NCBI GenBank assembly: GCA_034669905.1
Contig: JAXMOL010000038.1
Coordinates: 1-64,000 of the forward strand
Direction of reading: 5' to 3'
Origin: Candidatus Hydrogenedentota bacterium
Lineage (GTDB): Bacteria; Hydrogenedentota; Hydrogenedentia; Hydrogenedentales; JAEUWI01
Length of the DNA: 64,000 bases
The notes beneath the pieces are model-generated. The model made no database searches. It was not told the origin of the DNA and was given only the letters and a program-made list of their open reading frames with translations. Shown here one piece after another: positions 20,112 through 30,903 of this stretch. The position numbers and the translations under genes were made by a program. Within the stretch, counting starts at the first letter, position 1. Every line of letters starts with the position of its first letter.

Positions 20112-20504
20112 CTATTGTTGGGTAACATAGGTTACGAAGCGTTCGCGCCGCCCGTCGAACATCTCTACATTATAGGTGACCCGATAAAGGTCCACATCAC
20201 TGCTGATGCGCTTGACCGAGCTGGTCCAGGATTTATACAGCCCATAGGTACCTGCCGCGGCGTCCAGGTTGTGGTAGGCATTGGCGGCAGCCCATTCGTT
20301 GAGTAAGGGGCCCACGCCACCCGCCCGCAGCTTGCCCAGCTCGGTCTTGGCGAGGAAGGCCACCTGCTGCCGTTCGGCGGCAAGGCGGGATTGCTGGATG
20401 GCCACGGGGAACAGTCTCATAATCGCGATGATGGCCACCGCAAGAATGGTGAGGGCCACCATCACTTCAACCAGTGTAAAGCCGTGTTGCTTGTTCTTCG
20501 TCAT
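20112..20504 (-). CDS. PilV/GspI-like minor pilin (130 aa)
   Basis: Start MTKNKQHG/FTLVEVMVAL with a GAGG RBS; small size and position fit. Confidence 0.85.
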   Translation of the reverse strand: MTKNKQHGFTLVEVMVALTILAVAIIAIMRLFPVAIQQSRLAAERQQVAFLAKTELGKLRAGGVGPLLNEWAAANAYHNLDAAAGTYGLYKSWTSSVKRISSDVDLYRVTYNVEMFDGRRERFVTYVTQQ

Positions 20505-20517
20505 AGCCAATACCTCG

Positions 20518-21450
20518 CTAGAAATTCTTGGGAACTTCTGTCCGTCCGGTGGACTTGAATACGTGAATCTTGCGATACAACATGTTGGAGGAGCCATCGG
20601 GATTGATGAGTCGCTCCGCCTCGGGATCCACCAGGCGATCGCCCGCATCCCGACTCGCCATGGGCGCTATGTAAATACTGAAACGCTCGCCGTTACTCGC
20701 CGCGAGACGACCCGACGGCTTGAATACATGGGCGGCAAAGTTTTCGGCCACAAAGCCCGTGGTGCCGTTGGCATAGTCAGCAAAGCTCAGGGGATCCAGG
20801 CCGGTGGGGATGCCCAGCGCGGCCGTGATGCGGCTCAGGCCCATTTCGCGCACAAAGTTCTCGGTCGCATCGTTCCGATAGTTGGAGCGCCCCAGTTCCA
20901 GGTAGAAATTCGCCGGAACCAGCGGGTCGCCGCCCGAGGGGAGTTCGGGATTCATCAGCAGGATAGACATGTCCTGCGGCAATTTCGTGAAGGTGCCGGC
21001 GGACGTGGGAATGGGCACATAGTGCTCGCTCAGTCTGCCCGTCGTGGTCGGCAATTGATACATAATGGCCGCCGCTTCAATCTGTCGTATGGGGTTACCC
21101 GAGACGCTGTCGACGATAGGGTTGGCGACGGCCACCGCCGGGTCAGCCCCGTCTTCGTCGGACGGCTCACCAGCGGGCGTCGAATCGACAAGCGTTGCCT
21201 CGTTTTCGGACCAGTTGTCCATGGAATACACCACCGCCGTATTCACGTTGTAGGTCGTGGCGTAGATCTGCGCGGCACGGAGCATGCCCGACACTTCCTG
21301 TACGGAACGTCGGAACTCGTCGCGGGAGAAAGCACCCAGCTTCGCCAGACCCGGAATGGCAACAGCGGTCAGCAGCACAATAATACCGAGGACAACCATC
21401 AATTCGACCAGCGTAAATCCCCGCTGATATCGGTCGGATTCTTGTCTCAT
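20518..21450 (-). CDS. FimU/GspH-like minor pilin (310 aa)
   Basis: RG/FTLVELMVV prepilin motif, LRAAQIYA helix and C-terminal VFKPSG and STGR motifs typical of H-type subunits. Confidence 0.82.
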   Translation of the reverse strand: MRQESDRYQRGFTLVELMVVLGIIVLLTAVAIPGLAKLGAFSRDEFRRSVQEVSGMLRAAQIYATTYNVNTAVVYSMDNWSENEATLVDSTPAGEPSDEDGADPAVAVANPIVDSVSGNPIRQIEAAAIMYQLPTTTGRLSEHYVPIPTSAGTFTKLPQDMSILLMNPELPSGGDPLVPANFYLELGRSNYRNDATENFVREMGLSRITAALGIPTGLDPLSFADYANGTTGFVAENFAAHVFKPSGRLAASNGERFSIYIAPMASRDAGDRLVDPEAERLINPDGSSNMLYRKIHVFKSTGRTEVPKNF

Positions 21451-21494
21451 CGTAGGTACTCCTTGCTTCTCGCGTGTCCCGCGCTACACAACAG

Positions 21495-21528
21495 CGCCCC
21501 GACGCCGCCCACGGGCGGCGACGGGGCG
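21495..21528 (-). terminator. GC-rich hairpin immediately after the major pilin gene
   Basis: CGCCCCG-A-CGCCGCCC-AC-GGGCGGCG-A-CGGGGCG, 7 nt after the stop; weak U-tail. Confidence 0.65.
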
Positions 21529-21535
21529 GAAGTCA

Positions 21536-22408
21536 TTAGTTGTAGAACTTCATGAACGTCTGTCCACGATCCCAATTGTTGATGTCGTCACCACCACCCA
21601 TGAGTTCGGGTTCCTGCCCTTGATCATAGTGGCCGGTGCCCGTCATGAAATCGTACCCGGTATCGTGGTAGAGATCGCCGTCATAGCGGGCCTGACCGGA
21701 AATCAAGTTCTCGCCGTTGGACCAGATAAACACGTCCGTTTCCCGGGGGGCCGGGGCACCGATTGAGGGCAGGGTCACGCTGGTCTCCGGATCGATGAGG
21801 CCCGAGGGGAAATTGTCCCCCAGCGACGTTACACCCAGGGTGAACACGTCTTCTGAAGCGCCCAGCACGGTATCGCCGGGCAGCACCTCAGCCGCATCTT
21901 CCGGGGGACTATAGATTCGAAAGGGAACCGGGCCGTCACTGGCGCGCCAGGGGCCGGGATAGATATTGTAGAGGTTGCCCCACGGGTCAAAGGACAGTTC
22001 GCTCATGTAGGAGGTGCCCAGATTACGGACCACGTCGGCATTGTAGTAGGGCTCGAGGGCCACATCACCCAGCACCGCACGCCCCTTACGCAAAATGGCG
22101 TAGGTAGCGAAGGTGTACTCCGCGATGGCGTCTTCAAACTGGTCTGCGGTCCAATCCTTCATTTCCGTTCCGCCCACGGCGGTTTCTATCGCGCTGGTAC
22201 TGATAATATCCTTCAGGCTACTGCGCCCCGCATCCGATAGCAGCTTGGTAATGGCCAGTTCGATGTTGCTGATTTCCGCCTGGGCCCGCACTGCCCGGCC
22301 TTTTCGAATCCATTTCTGCACATTGGGTATTGCGATGGCGGCGAGGATGGAGATGATTGCCATCACCACCAACAACTCTACGAGGGTGAAACCGTGCTTC
22401 TTGCGCAT
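21536..22408 (-). CDS. Probable major pilin, GspG-like and unusually long (290 aa)
   Basis: GGAGG RBS; HG/FTLVELLVVM; GspG-type DPWGNLY, WSNGEN and DDINNW motifs; no cysteines. Confidence 0.8.
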   Translation of the reverse strand: MRKKHGFTLVELLVVMAIISILAAIAIPNVQKWIRKGRAVRAQAEISNIELAITKLLSDAGRSSLKDIISTSAIETAVGGTEMKDWTADQFEDAIAEYTFATYAILRKGRAVLGDVALEPYYNADVVRNLGTSYMSELSFDPWGNLYNIYPGPWRASDGPVPFRIYSPPEDAAEVLPGDTVLGASEDVFTLGVTSLGDNFPSGLIDPETSVTLPSIGAPAPRETDVFIWSNGENLISGQARYDGDLYHDTGYDFMTGTGHYDQGQEPELMGGGDDINNWDRGQTFMKFYN

Positions 22409-22485
22409 GTTAATTCCTCCTGCGCGGACGCGCTGTCCGCGATACGTCACAAAGTGTAGGGCGTGGCCCGCAGCGGGCCCTTCGC

Positions 22486-23721
22486 CTAATTGTTAATCTG
22501 GTCGCCCAGGGTGAAGATGGGCAGGTACAACGACACCACGATAAAACCGATGATGCCACCCAGCACCACGATAATCATGGGCTCCATCAGGGTCAGCATG
22601 GCCTCGACGGCCACTTCCACTTCCTGGTCATAAATATCGGCCACCTTGTTCAGCATGGAATCGAGCTGACCGGTCTCTTCACCCACGTCAATCATGTTGA
22701 CCACCATGGGGGGGAATACTTTGGTCTCATCCAACGGCGCGGCGATGGTGTCGCCTTCCTTAATGCTGTCGTGCACCTTGTCTACCGCATCCTGAATCAC
22801 GCTGTTACCGATGGTTTCCCGGGTAATCTTCAGGGCCTGAAGAATCGGCACACCGGAAGAAATCAGCGTACCCAGGGTACGGGCGAATCGGGCCACACCA
22901 ATCTTGGTGACCAGGTCGCCCACCAGGGGCATCTTCAGGCTGACCACATCCACGATGCGCTGCACGAAACGGAATTTCATGGAAAGTTTCAGGGCGATGA
23001 TACTGGAGTTAATTACCAGCAGGATCATCCACCACTTGTACACCATGAAATCACCGCACGCGATGAGGAACCGGGTCGGTGCCGGCAGTTCGCCGCCCAT
23101 CTCGCTGAAAATCTCGTCGAAAACGGGCACCACCTTCACCAGCAGGAAGGACACAATCGCCGCCGCAATCAGCAACACGGCAATGGGGTACACCATGGCA
23201 CCCTTCACGCGCCGCTTCAGGGCTTCGCGCCGTTCCATGAAGGTGGCCAGACGCTGCAGCACCACTTCCAACATACCACCGACTTCACCGGCCTTCACCA
23301 TGTTCACGAAAAGGCGGTCAAACTGCTTGGGGTGTTTGGCCAGGGCTTCCGAGAAAGTCGCACCGGTCTGAATATCGGTGGCGCATTCCTTGAGAATGTC
23401 CCGGAGCTTACAGGGTTTGAGCTGGGCAATCAGCACGTTAATACTACGCAGCAGCGGCAGACCGGCGTCGATCAGGGTGGAAAGCTGACGGGTCATCGTC
23501 ACGATTTCCTTGGTCTTCACGCCACCGAAATAAAGCTCGTCGATGCCCTTTTTCTCTTTGCGCGCACGTTTCTCGTCGCGCTTCGACGCTTCACGCACCG
23601 TCGTCGGGTAAAGCCCCAGCGTCCGCACGTCGTTAATGGCCAGTGCTTTACTGTCGGAATTCACCACACCAGTGACGGTCTGGCCTTCCTTGTTGGTGGC
23701 CTTATAGAAATACTTGGGCAT
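22486..23721 (-). CDS. pilC: Type IV pilus platform protein PilC
   Basis: T2SSF-family motifs RQLSTLIDAGLPL, AGEVGGML, GEETGQLD and EP..I; next to pilB/pilT. Confidence 0.93.
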   Translation of the reverse strand: MPKYFYKATNKEGQTVTGVVNSDSKALAINDVRTLGLYPTTVREASKRDEKRARKEKKGIDELYFGGVKTKEIVTMTRQLSTLIDAGLPLLRSINVLIAQLKPCKLRDILKECATDIQTGATFSEALAKHPKQFDRLFVNMVKAGEVGGMLEVVLQRLATFMERREALKRRVKGAMVYPIAVLLIAAAIVSFLLVKVVPVFDEIFSEMGGELPAPTRFLIACGDFMVYKWWMILLVINSSIIALKLSMKFRFVQRIVDVVSLKMPLVGDLVTKIGVARFARTLGTLISSGVPILQALKITRETIGNSVIQDAVDKVHDSIKEGDTIAAPLDETKVFPPMVVNMIDVGEETGQLDSMLNKVADIYDQEVEVAVEAMLTLMEPMIIVVLGGIIGFIVVSLYLPIFTLGDQINN

Positions 23722-23736
23722 GACTTGGTTCCTTCA

Positions 23737-25482
23737 TCAGTCTTCGTAAAGGTCCGTGTGATAAAGCACTTCTTCCGCGGTCGTCACGCCCTGGACGGCC
23801 TTCAACAGACCGGCTTCACGCAGGGTGATCATGCCGAGATACTTCCGGCAATAGCGCCGCAACTGAATCGACGTCGCACTTTCCAGGATCAAATCCCGGA
23901 TACCTTCATCCACCGTCACCATTTCGTAGAGACCGGTACGGCCCGAGTAGCCCGTAAATTCACAGCTCTCGCACCCGTTGGCCTTCACCAGCTGAAGCTT
24001 GGGATCATTGCGCCACGCCGGGGGCAACCCGAGGGCTTCCATCTCTTCTTCGTCCGGTTTGTAGGTTTCTTTACAGAAACGGCAGACCTTACGGCACAGC
24101 CGCTGGGCCAATACCGCTTCCAGGGAGGCCGCAATCAGGAAGGGTTCCACGTCCATATCCAGCAGACGGGTGATCGTTTCCGGAGCACTGTTCGTGTGCA
24201 GCGTGCTCAGCACCAGGTGACCGGTGAGGGAGGCTTCCACCGCGATCTGGGCGGTCTCCAGGTCACGAATCTCACCGACCATCACGATGTCCGGGTCCTG
24301 ACGCAGGATAGAGCGCAGACAGCGGGCAAAGGTCAGGCCCACGTCGTCGTTCACATTACACTGGATCAACTGGTCAATCTGGAATTCGACGGGATCCTCG
24401 GTGGTAATGATTTTTACACCGGGTTCGTTGAGCAGGTTCAGACAGCCATAGAGGGTCGTCGTCTTACCCGAACCCGTAGGCCCCGTCACCAACATGATGC
24501 CGTTGGGTTTGCGAATTACGTTGTCGATGGAATCAAAGACGTCCTGGGGGAAGCCCAGGGCAATCAGATCGTGTTTCACCGCGTTCCGGTCAAGAATACG
24601 CATCACCACGCTCTCGCCGTGGAGCACCGGCAGGGTCGATACACGAATGTCGATAATCGTGTCGCCCACCTTCAATTCAATACGGTTATCCTGGGGCATG
24701 CGCCGCTCACTGATATCCATATTGGAGATAACCTTGATACGCGAGGTCAACGCAATGGCCAGGTGCCGCGCCGGACTCACAATCTCCTGGAGAATACCGT
24801 CCACACGGATGCGGATACGGAAATCTTCTTCATAGATTTCAAAGTGAATATCCGAGGCACGCTTCTGCACCGCCTCCAGGAACACGAGGTTGACGATCTT
24901 GATGACTTCCGGCTGCTGCGCCAGTTCCACCAGGTTGTCGACGTCACCCGTTACCTGCTGGAGCCCCATCTCCTCCATCGAAAGTTCGCTCGTGCCCACC
25001 CGCTCTTGCAGGTCCACGAGCATTTCGTGGATCGAATCCCCCTCGAAACTGTAATTGGACTTCCACGCCGTCGCCACATCAAGCTCGTTGCTGACCGCAC
25101 CCTGCACCAGGAGGCCCGTGATCTGTTGCAGATCATCGAGCACCTGAATGTTGAGCGGGTCGGCCATGGCCACGATGAGCTTTTCATCGGTCTTGCGGAT
25201 GGGAATGACGCTGTAAAACTTCGCCACGTCCGCAGTCAGCGTGCGGATCGTTTCTTCCGGTATCTTCAGCTTGGACAGATCGACACGCTCCATGCCCGAC
25301 TGGACACCGAGTGACTCGATAATATCCTGCTCTTCGCAGAGGCCCATGGTCACCAGCACACGGCCGAGCATGTCGCCCGTCAACCGTTGCCGTTGCAGGG
25401 CCTCGTCCAATTGCAGGGGACTGATAACACCCTGTTCGACGAGGATGTCACCCAGTTGCTTTTCGCGTGATCCAAGAGCCAT
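23737..25482 (-). CDS. pilB: PilB-family extension ATPase (second copy)
   Basis: MshEN-like N-terminus, ASDIHFE, GPTGSGKT, EDPVE, LRQDPD, GEIRD, TLHTN and tetra-Cys motif. Confidence 0.92.
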   Translation of the reverse strand: MALGSREKQLGDILVEQGVISPLQLDEALQRQRLTGDMLGRVLVTMGLCEEQDIIESLGVQSGMERVDLSKLKIPEETIRTLTADVAKFYSVIPIRKTDEKLIVAMADPLNIQVLDDLQQITGLLVQGAVSNELDVATAWKSNYSFEGDSIHEMLVDLQERVGTSELSMEEMGLQQVTGDVDNLVELAQQPEVIKIVNLVFLEAVQKRASDIHFEIYEEDFRIRIRVDGILQEIVSPARHLAIALTSRIKVISNMDISERRMPQDNRIELKVGDTIIDIRVSTLPVLHGESVVMRILDRNAVKHDLIALGFPQDVFDSIDNVIRKPNGIMLVTGPTGSGKTTTLYGCLNLLNEPGVKIITTEDPVEFQIDQLIQCNVNDDVGLTFARCLRSILRQDPDIVMVGEIRDLETAQIAVEASLTGHLVLSTLHTNSAPETITRLLDMDVEPFLIAASLEAVLAQRLCRKVCRFCKETYKPDEEEMEALGLPPAWRNDPKLQLVKANGCESCEFTGYSGRTGLYEMVTVDEGIRDLILESATSIQLRRYCRKYLGMITLREAGLLKAVQGVTTAEEVLYHTDLYED

Positions 25483-25488
25483 AAGCGT

Positions 25489-26592
<1,104 letters not shown>

Positions 26593-26625
26593 GAAATATA
26601 TCTCCCAAGCTTGGCCTCGTCAATC

Positions 26626-28461
26626 TCAACTACGAACCAGTTTTTCCAGGGGTTCGTCCACACGGGTGCGGCGGTTTACTTCTTCCACCGTGGTGATACC
26701 GTTCAACGCCTTCTGGAAGGCATCTTCACGCATGGTCACCATACCCTCTTCACGGGACGCACGCTTAATGGCCATGGACGACTCTTTCGCCATGAGCATC
26801 TCGCGGATACGGTCCGAAGTAATCAGCAATTCATAGGCACCCAGTCGGCCGGCGTGCCCGGTACCGTTGCAGTTGTCGCAGCCGGCCCCGTGGTAAAATT
26901 CCGAGTTCTCCATGTCCACCGGAATGCCCAGCCGCTCGATCTCCCGGGCTTCCGGCACGTAGGTCTCTTTGCAGTTCGTGCAAATCGTCCGCACCAGGCG
27001 CTGCGCCAGAATGGCGCGCACACCGGAGGCCACCAGGAAGGGCTTGATGCCAATATCCACCAGACGGGTGAAGGAACTGGCCGTATCGTTGGTGTGGAGG
27101 GTACTGAATACCAGGTGACCCGTCAGGGCCGCCTTAATGGCGATTTCCGCCGTCTCCGCATCACGAATTTCACCGACCATCACGATGTTCGGGTCCTGAC
27201 GCATAATGGCACGCAGGGCCCGGTTGAAATCGAACTTGATCTCGTGGTTGATCTGCACCTGGTTGATACCGGCCAACTGATATTCGACCGGGTCCTCAAC
27301 GGTGATGATCTTCGTATCGGGCTTGTTCAGCGTGTGGAGCGACGCATAGAGGGAGGTCGTCTTACCCGAACCCGTGGGCCCCGTCACCAGGATAACCCCG
27401 GTGCTCAGTCCCATCAGCTTTTCCCAGGCACGCTGGTGCTCCGGACAAAAGCCCAACTGCCCCAGGCCCAGCAACAGACCGCTCTTGTCGAGAATACGCA
27501 TTACGATACTCTCGCCAAAGTAGGCCGGCAGGGCGCTGACACGCAAATCCACCACCTTCCCGCTCATGGTCATCTTAATACGACCATCCTGGGGAACGCG
27601 GCGCTCGGTAATATCCATACCCGACATGATCTTCAGGCGGGAAATGATAGAGGCCTGGGCCCGCTTCGGCGGCGGGGGCATCAATTGCATGACGCCATCC
27701 ACGCGATAACGGACCTTGACGTCGGTCTTGGAGGGCTCCACGTGAATATCACTGGCCCGCAGACGGAAGGCTTCGAGAATCAGCTGATTCACATAGCGCA
27801 TGACGGGACTGTCGTCGTCGTCGTCATCTCCGTCTTCTCCGGCAAGCGCGCCGGCATCCATCGCATCAATGCTGATACTGCTCAGGCTGATGTCGCTCTG
27901 GCTCATGCTGCCCAGACTGCTCATGGAAGAGTCGAGGGAGCTCAGGTTGGACATGGTACTGAGGGTGCTCATGCTGCTCGCCGAACTCACGGAAGACAAC
28001 ATGGTCTCTACCGATTGGTCCTGCAGGCCATAGCACTTGTTCAGCGCCACCGACACCTCTTCGCCCGTGGCCAGGACCGGCTCTACATTGCGGTCAAGCA
28101 GGCGGCGGAGGTTATCGAGGTTGTTGATGTTGGTCGGGTCGGCCGTGGCGATAACGATGGTATTGCCCCGCTCCTCAATGGGAACCACCCGATACAGGGT
28201 CGCAATACTGCCGTCGATCAGGCCCCGGATACGTTCCGGGATCTCCCGATCACTCAGCTTGACGATGGGAATCCCCAGTTGATCAGCCAGGCCTTCCGTA
28301 ATATGGTGCTTGCTGATGTAGTTCAGGCGTACCAGGATCTCACCGATCTTGCGGTGAGCCATCGTGGTCTGCTGTTTGTGGATGGCCTCATCAAGCTGTT
28401 GTTGCTTGATGACACCTTTCTCCACCAGACGCTGCCCGAACAGCGTGTACGTGGTTTGCAT
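26626..28461 (-). CDS. pilB: PilB-family extension ATPase (first copy) with a Ser-rich linker
   Basis: All secretion-ATPase motifs plus tetra-Cys; Ser/Met and poly-Asp linker between N1 and N2. Confidence 0.92.
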   Translation of the reverse strand: MQTTYTLFGQRLVEKGVIKQQQLDEAIHKQQTTMAHRKIGEILVRLNYISKHHITEGLADQLGIPIVKLSDREIPERIRGLIDGSIATLYRVVPIEERGNTIVIATADPTNINNLDNLRRLLDRNVEPVLATGEEVSVALNKCYGLQDQSVETMLSSVSSASSMSTLSTMSNLSSLDSSMSSLGSMSQSDISLSSISIDAMDAGALAGEDGDDDDDDSPVMRYVNQLILEAFRLRASDIHVEPSKTDVKVRYRVDGVMQLMPPPPKRAQASIISRLKIMSGMDITERRVPQDGRIKMTMSGKVVDLRVSALPAYFGESIVMRILDKSGLLLGLGQLGFCPEHQRAWEKLMGLSTGVILVTGPTGSGKTTSLYASLHTLNKPDTKIITVEDPVEYQLAGINQVQINHEIKFDFNRALRAIMRQDPNIVMVGEIRDAETAEIAIKAALTGHLVFSTLHTNDTASSFTRLVDIGIKPFLVASGVRAILAQRLVRTICTNCKETYVPEAREIERLGIPVDMENSEFYHGAGCDNCNGTGHAGRLGAYELLITSDRIREMLMAKESSMAIKRASREEGMVTMREDAFQKALNGITTVEEVNRRTRVDEPLEKLVRS

Positions 28462-28491
28462 AGGGACACCTCTCGCTTATCACACACCGTA

Positions 28492-28520
28492 ACTGTACCA
28501 AAGAAGGGGCAGATTGTCAA
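28492..28520 (-). promoter_or_regulatory. Sigma-70-type promoter for the pilB-pilT operon
   Basis: Minus strand TTGACA-17 nt-TACAGT with extended -10 TG, 30 bp upstream of the ATG. Confidence 0.72.
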
Positions 28521-28690
28521 TGTAAATACTGAGAGTAATTACTGATATATCTGGACTTACGAACAGTTTTGTCAAGTAATTACCTGCTCTGAAACGCCGT
28601 TTCGGTCCGCGAAGCAACCCCGTCCCTCGCTCCGCATCCATGCAGGCCCCAGGACTGCAAAAGCACGACTCTACATTGTAATCAGGCCTC

Positions 28691-28719
28691 ATTGTCACTG
28701 ATTCGCCCCGTAATGTCAA
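28691..28719 (-). promoter_or_regulatory. Possible second, distal sigma-70-type promoter
   Basis: Minus strand TTGACA-17 nt-GACAAT. Confidence 0.4.
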
Positions 28720-28796
28720 CCGTTGATTCTTGACAAACACCGGCCAACCGGAAGAGTAGACCCGATATTCCCGAGTGGAACCCCGAAAAAGCGGGA

Positions 28797-29327
28797 CTAA
28801 ACCTTCACGCTGACGAAGGTGATTTCACAGCGCAACCCCCGATCGCGCACGGCAGGCTCCATCTCCATCTGGTAAATGGTCACCAGGTTGTTGCTGCTGC
28901 GAATCTTGTAGAGCAGCTCCACCACCTCCTCCAGAGATACCCCCGTCAACTCCAACTCCACCATGGGATGGCGGGGCCATTGCTTGCGGTTCCGGGCGGA
29001 CTGGTCATCCCCCAGTTTCGCACGCTCGCTCAGCCCGGCGTCGCTCACCATACCGTTGATAAAGGGAAAGAGGCTGAAGCTGGCGCCCCGGGCGTTGAGC
29101 TGGGTCAAGAGCTGTTGCTGACTCAGCACCCGCTCTTCTTCGGCCAGCTTATCCACCTGGACCAGTTGGAGCTCCTGCTGCTTCTGGGCGAGCTGGCTCT
29201 TGGCCGCCTTATATTTCTTGCCCCAGCTATTGGGCACGTAATAGGCCATGAAGAGGGCCAATACGCAAAAGAGGGCGGCGAATAGGACCGTACCCTTCTC
29301 GCGCTTATCGAGTTCATTCGCTCCCAT
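28797..29327 (-). CDS. gspM: T2SS GspM-like protein
   Basis: LDKREK + TM + coiled coil + ferredoxin-like domain (VELELTGVSLEEVVELLYKI); follows gspL; ATG at 29327 with a GAGGAGG RBS. Confidence 0.78.
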   Translation of the reverse strand: MGANELDKREKGTVLFAALFCVLALFMAYYVPNSWGKKYKAAKSQLAQKQQELQLVQVDKLAEEERVLSQQQLLTQLNARGASFSLFPFINGMVSDAGLSERAKLGDDQSARNRKQWPRHPMVELELTGVSLEEVVELLYKIRSSNNLVTIYQMEMEPAVRDRGLRCEITFVSVKV

Positions 29328-30771
29328 CGTCACCCTCCTCCGTAATGCGGTGTACCCGTATCGTAAAGGTCACCCGGCTACCTTCGGCTTCCTGACGCAG
29401 GTTCGGGTCCACCCGAAACAAGGTCGATTGTTCCAGCTCCGTCATCACCTGCCCCACGTGCTCGGCCTTGTCGGTCGAGCCGTAAATGGTGATCCAGCCA
29501 CTCCGGGCTCCCGGGGGCGACACGTCAATGCGCGTAATCAATACCTTCGACTCGGGCATGCGGCGGGCAATGTCTTCCAGCACATCCAGCATGGGCGGAT
29601 CGCGAAAAAAGTCCGCGTTCACATCCTGCCCGAGCCCCTGGGCCTCCAGGGCACCAATCTCCGCGTTTACCGCATCGATATCGGCCTGAATCCGGGCCAC
29701 CTGCTCTTTATAGTAGCTGGTGCCAATGTAGTAGTAACCGCCCCAGAGGAGCAAGGCCACCAGCGCCATGGCCGCGGCGTAGACCAGATGGGGTGCCACC
29801 GCACGGGCCACGCTCGCCTGACTGGCACCGCCTTCTTCAAAGTTCAGGGCATAGCCCCCACCGGCACCGGCAAAAGCGGCCCCAACCACCGGCTCCCAGC
29901 AGTTGGCCCCCTGGGAAATGTCTTCCCGGGCCAGCACCCCTTCGCCCCCTTTGAAATCACGGAGGAGGCAGCGGGACGTGACCGGCAGGCGCACCGCCGT
30001 GGAGAGACCATCCTGCTCGGAAGGGGACAAATCAATTCCGGTCACTTCGATGCCATCAATTTCACCGCCACCACGCCATTTGGTCAAAAAGGCCCGAAGG
30101 GTATTCTGAATTTCCCGGCCCACCCGCTCGGGGTTTTCGATAAGGGCACCGCCTGTCATGGGGAGATTCCGGAAATAGGCCAGATGGCCATTAAACAAGA
30201 CCACGAGGCTGCTGGTCTGCTGGCGGATATGCAATACCGCCTCCAGCCCCTTGGACGCCTTGCGGCCCGACTGCCAGAGTCCCGTGAGGGCGATGGCATC
30301 CAGGTTCACCGCTTCAATGTCGATGCCCGCTTCGTCCAGTATGGCCCGCTGCTCTTCGAGGTGACTCCGACGCACGCCCACGGCGAGCACTTCCGTCTCC
30401 CCGTCCACTTCCGCGACCAGGTTAAAATCCAGGAGCAATTCTTCGATGGGAAAGGCCAGGTGGGGCTCGAGCTCAAAGCGCGCCGCCGCCATTACCCGCT
30501 TCTTCCCGCGAATCGGAATCGTAATGGAGCGCACGATGCTGTGACTGCTGCTCGCGCACAGCACAAAGGACACGGGCGGATGCTTCAAGGCGTCCACCGC
30601 CTCACCCACGGCCAGTACCAGCGCCGGGATGCGGTCCTCCTCTTCGGCGTACGCCGCCGTCCGCGACTGCACCTCCAACACCGTGGGCGATTTCCCCCCG
30701 GTCTTCACCACCGCCACGCGGACTTCGTCACCGACGAATTCGATGGCACCAATTTTTGCACTCAATAGCAT
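29314..30771 (-). CDS. gspL: T2SS GspL-like protein
   Basis: Cytoplasmic actin-like domain (FELEPHLAFPIEE), one TM and a PilN-like periplasmic domain; between gspK and gspM. Confidence 0.8.
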   Translation of the reverse strand: MLLSAKIGAIEFVGDEVRVAVVKTGGKSPTVLEVQSRTAAYAEEEDRIPALVLAVGEAVDALKHPPVSFVLCASSSHSIVRSITIPIRGKKRVMAAARFELEPHLAFPIEELLLDFNLVAEVDGETEVLAVGVRRSHLEEQRAILDEAGIDIEAVNLDAIALTGLWQSGRKASKGLEAVLHIRQQTSSLVVLFNGHLAYFRNLPMTGGALIENPERVGREIQNTLRAFLTKWRGGGEIDGIEVTGIDLSPSEQDGLSTAVRLPVTSRCLLRDFKGGEGVLAREDISQGANCWEPVVGAAFAGAGGGYALNFEEGGASQASVARAVAPHLVYAAAMALVALLLWGGYYYIGTSYYKEQVARIQADIDAVNAEIGALEAQGLGQDVNADFFRDPPMLDVLEDIARRMPESKVLITRIDVSPPGARSGWITIYGSTDKAEHVGQVMTELEQSTLFRVDPNLRQEAEGSRVTFTIRVHRITEEGDDGSE

Positions 30772-30819
30772 TGACTGCTGTACCTTTCAAAAGAGCTTGC
30801 CAAAACAGAACCAATCCCC

Positions 30820-30846
30820 GTCATTCCCGCGAAGGCGGGAATCCAG
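30820..30846. repeat. dRS3-like/REP palindrome
   Basis: GTCATTCCCGCGAAGGCGGGAATCCAG (ATTCCC-N8-GGGAAT); identical copy at 36921-36947. Confidence 0.85.
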
Positions 30847-30903
30847 AACGCGACCAAGGAACTGTCATTTCAAGCGATTCACTATCGCCCCACATAAAGG
30901 GAC

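Noticed and set aside
28570..28575. Additional TTGACA hexamers here and at 57793-57798
   Set aside because: No acceptable -10 box at 16-18 nt spacing.
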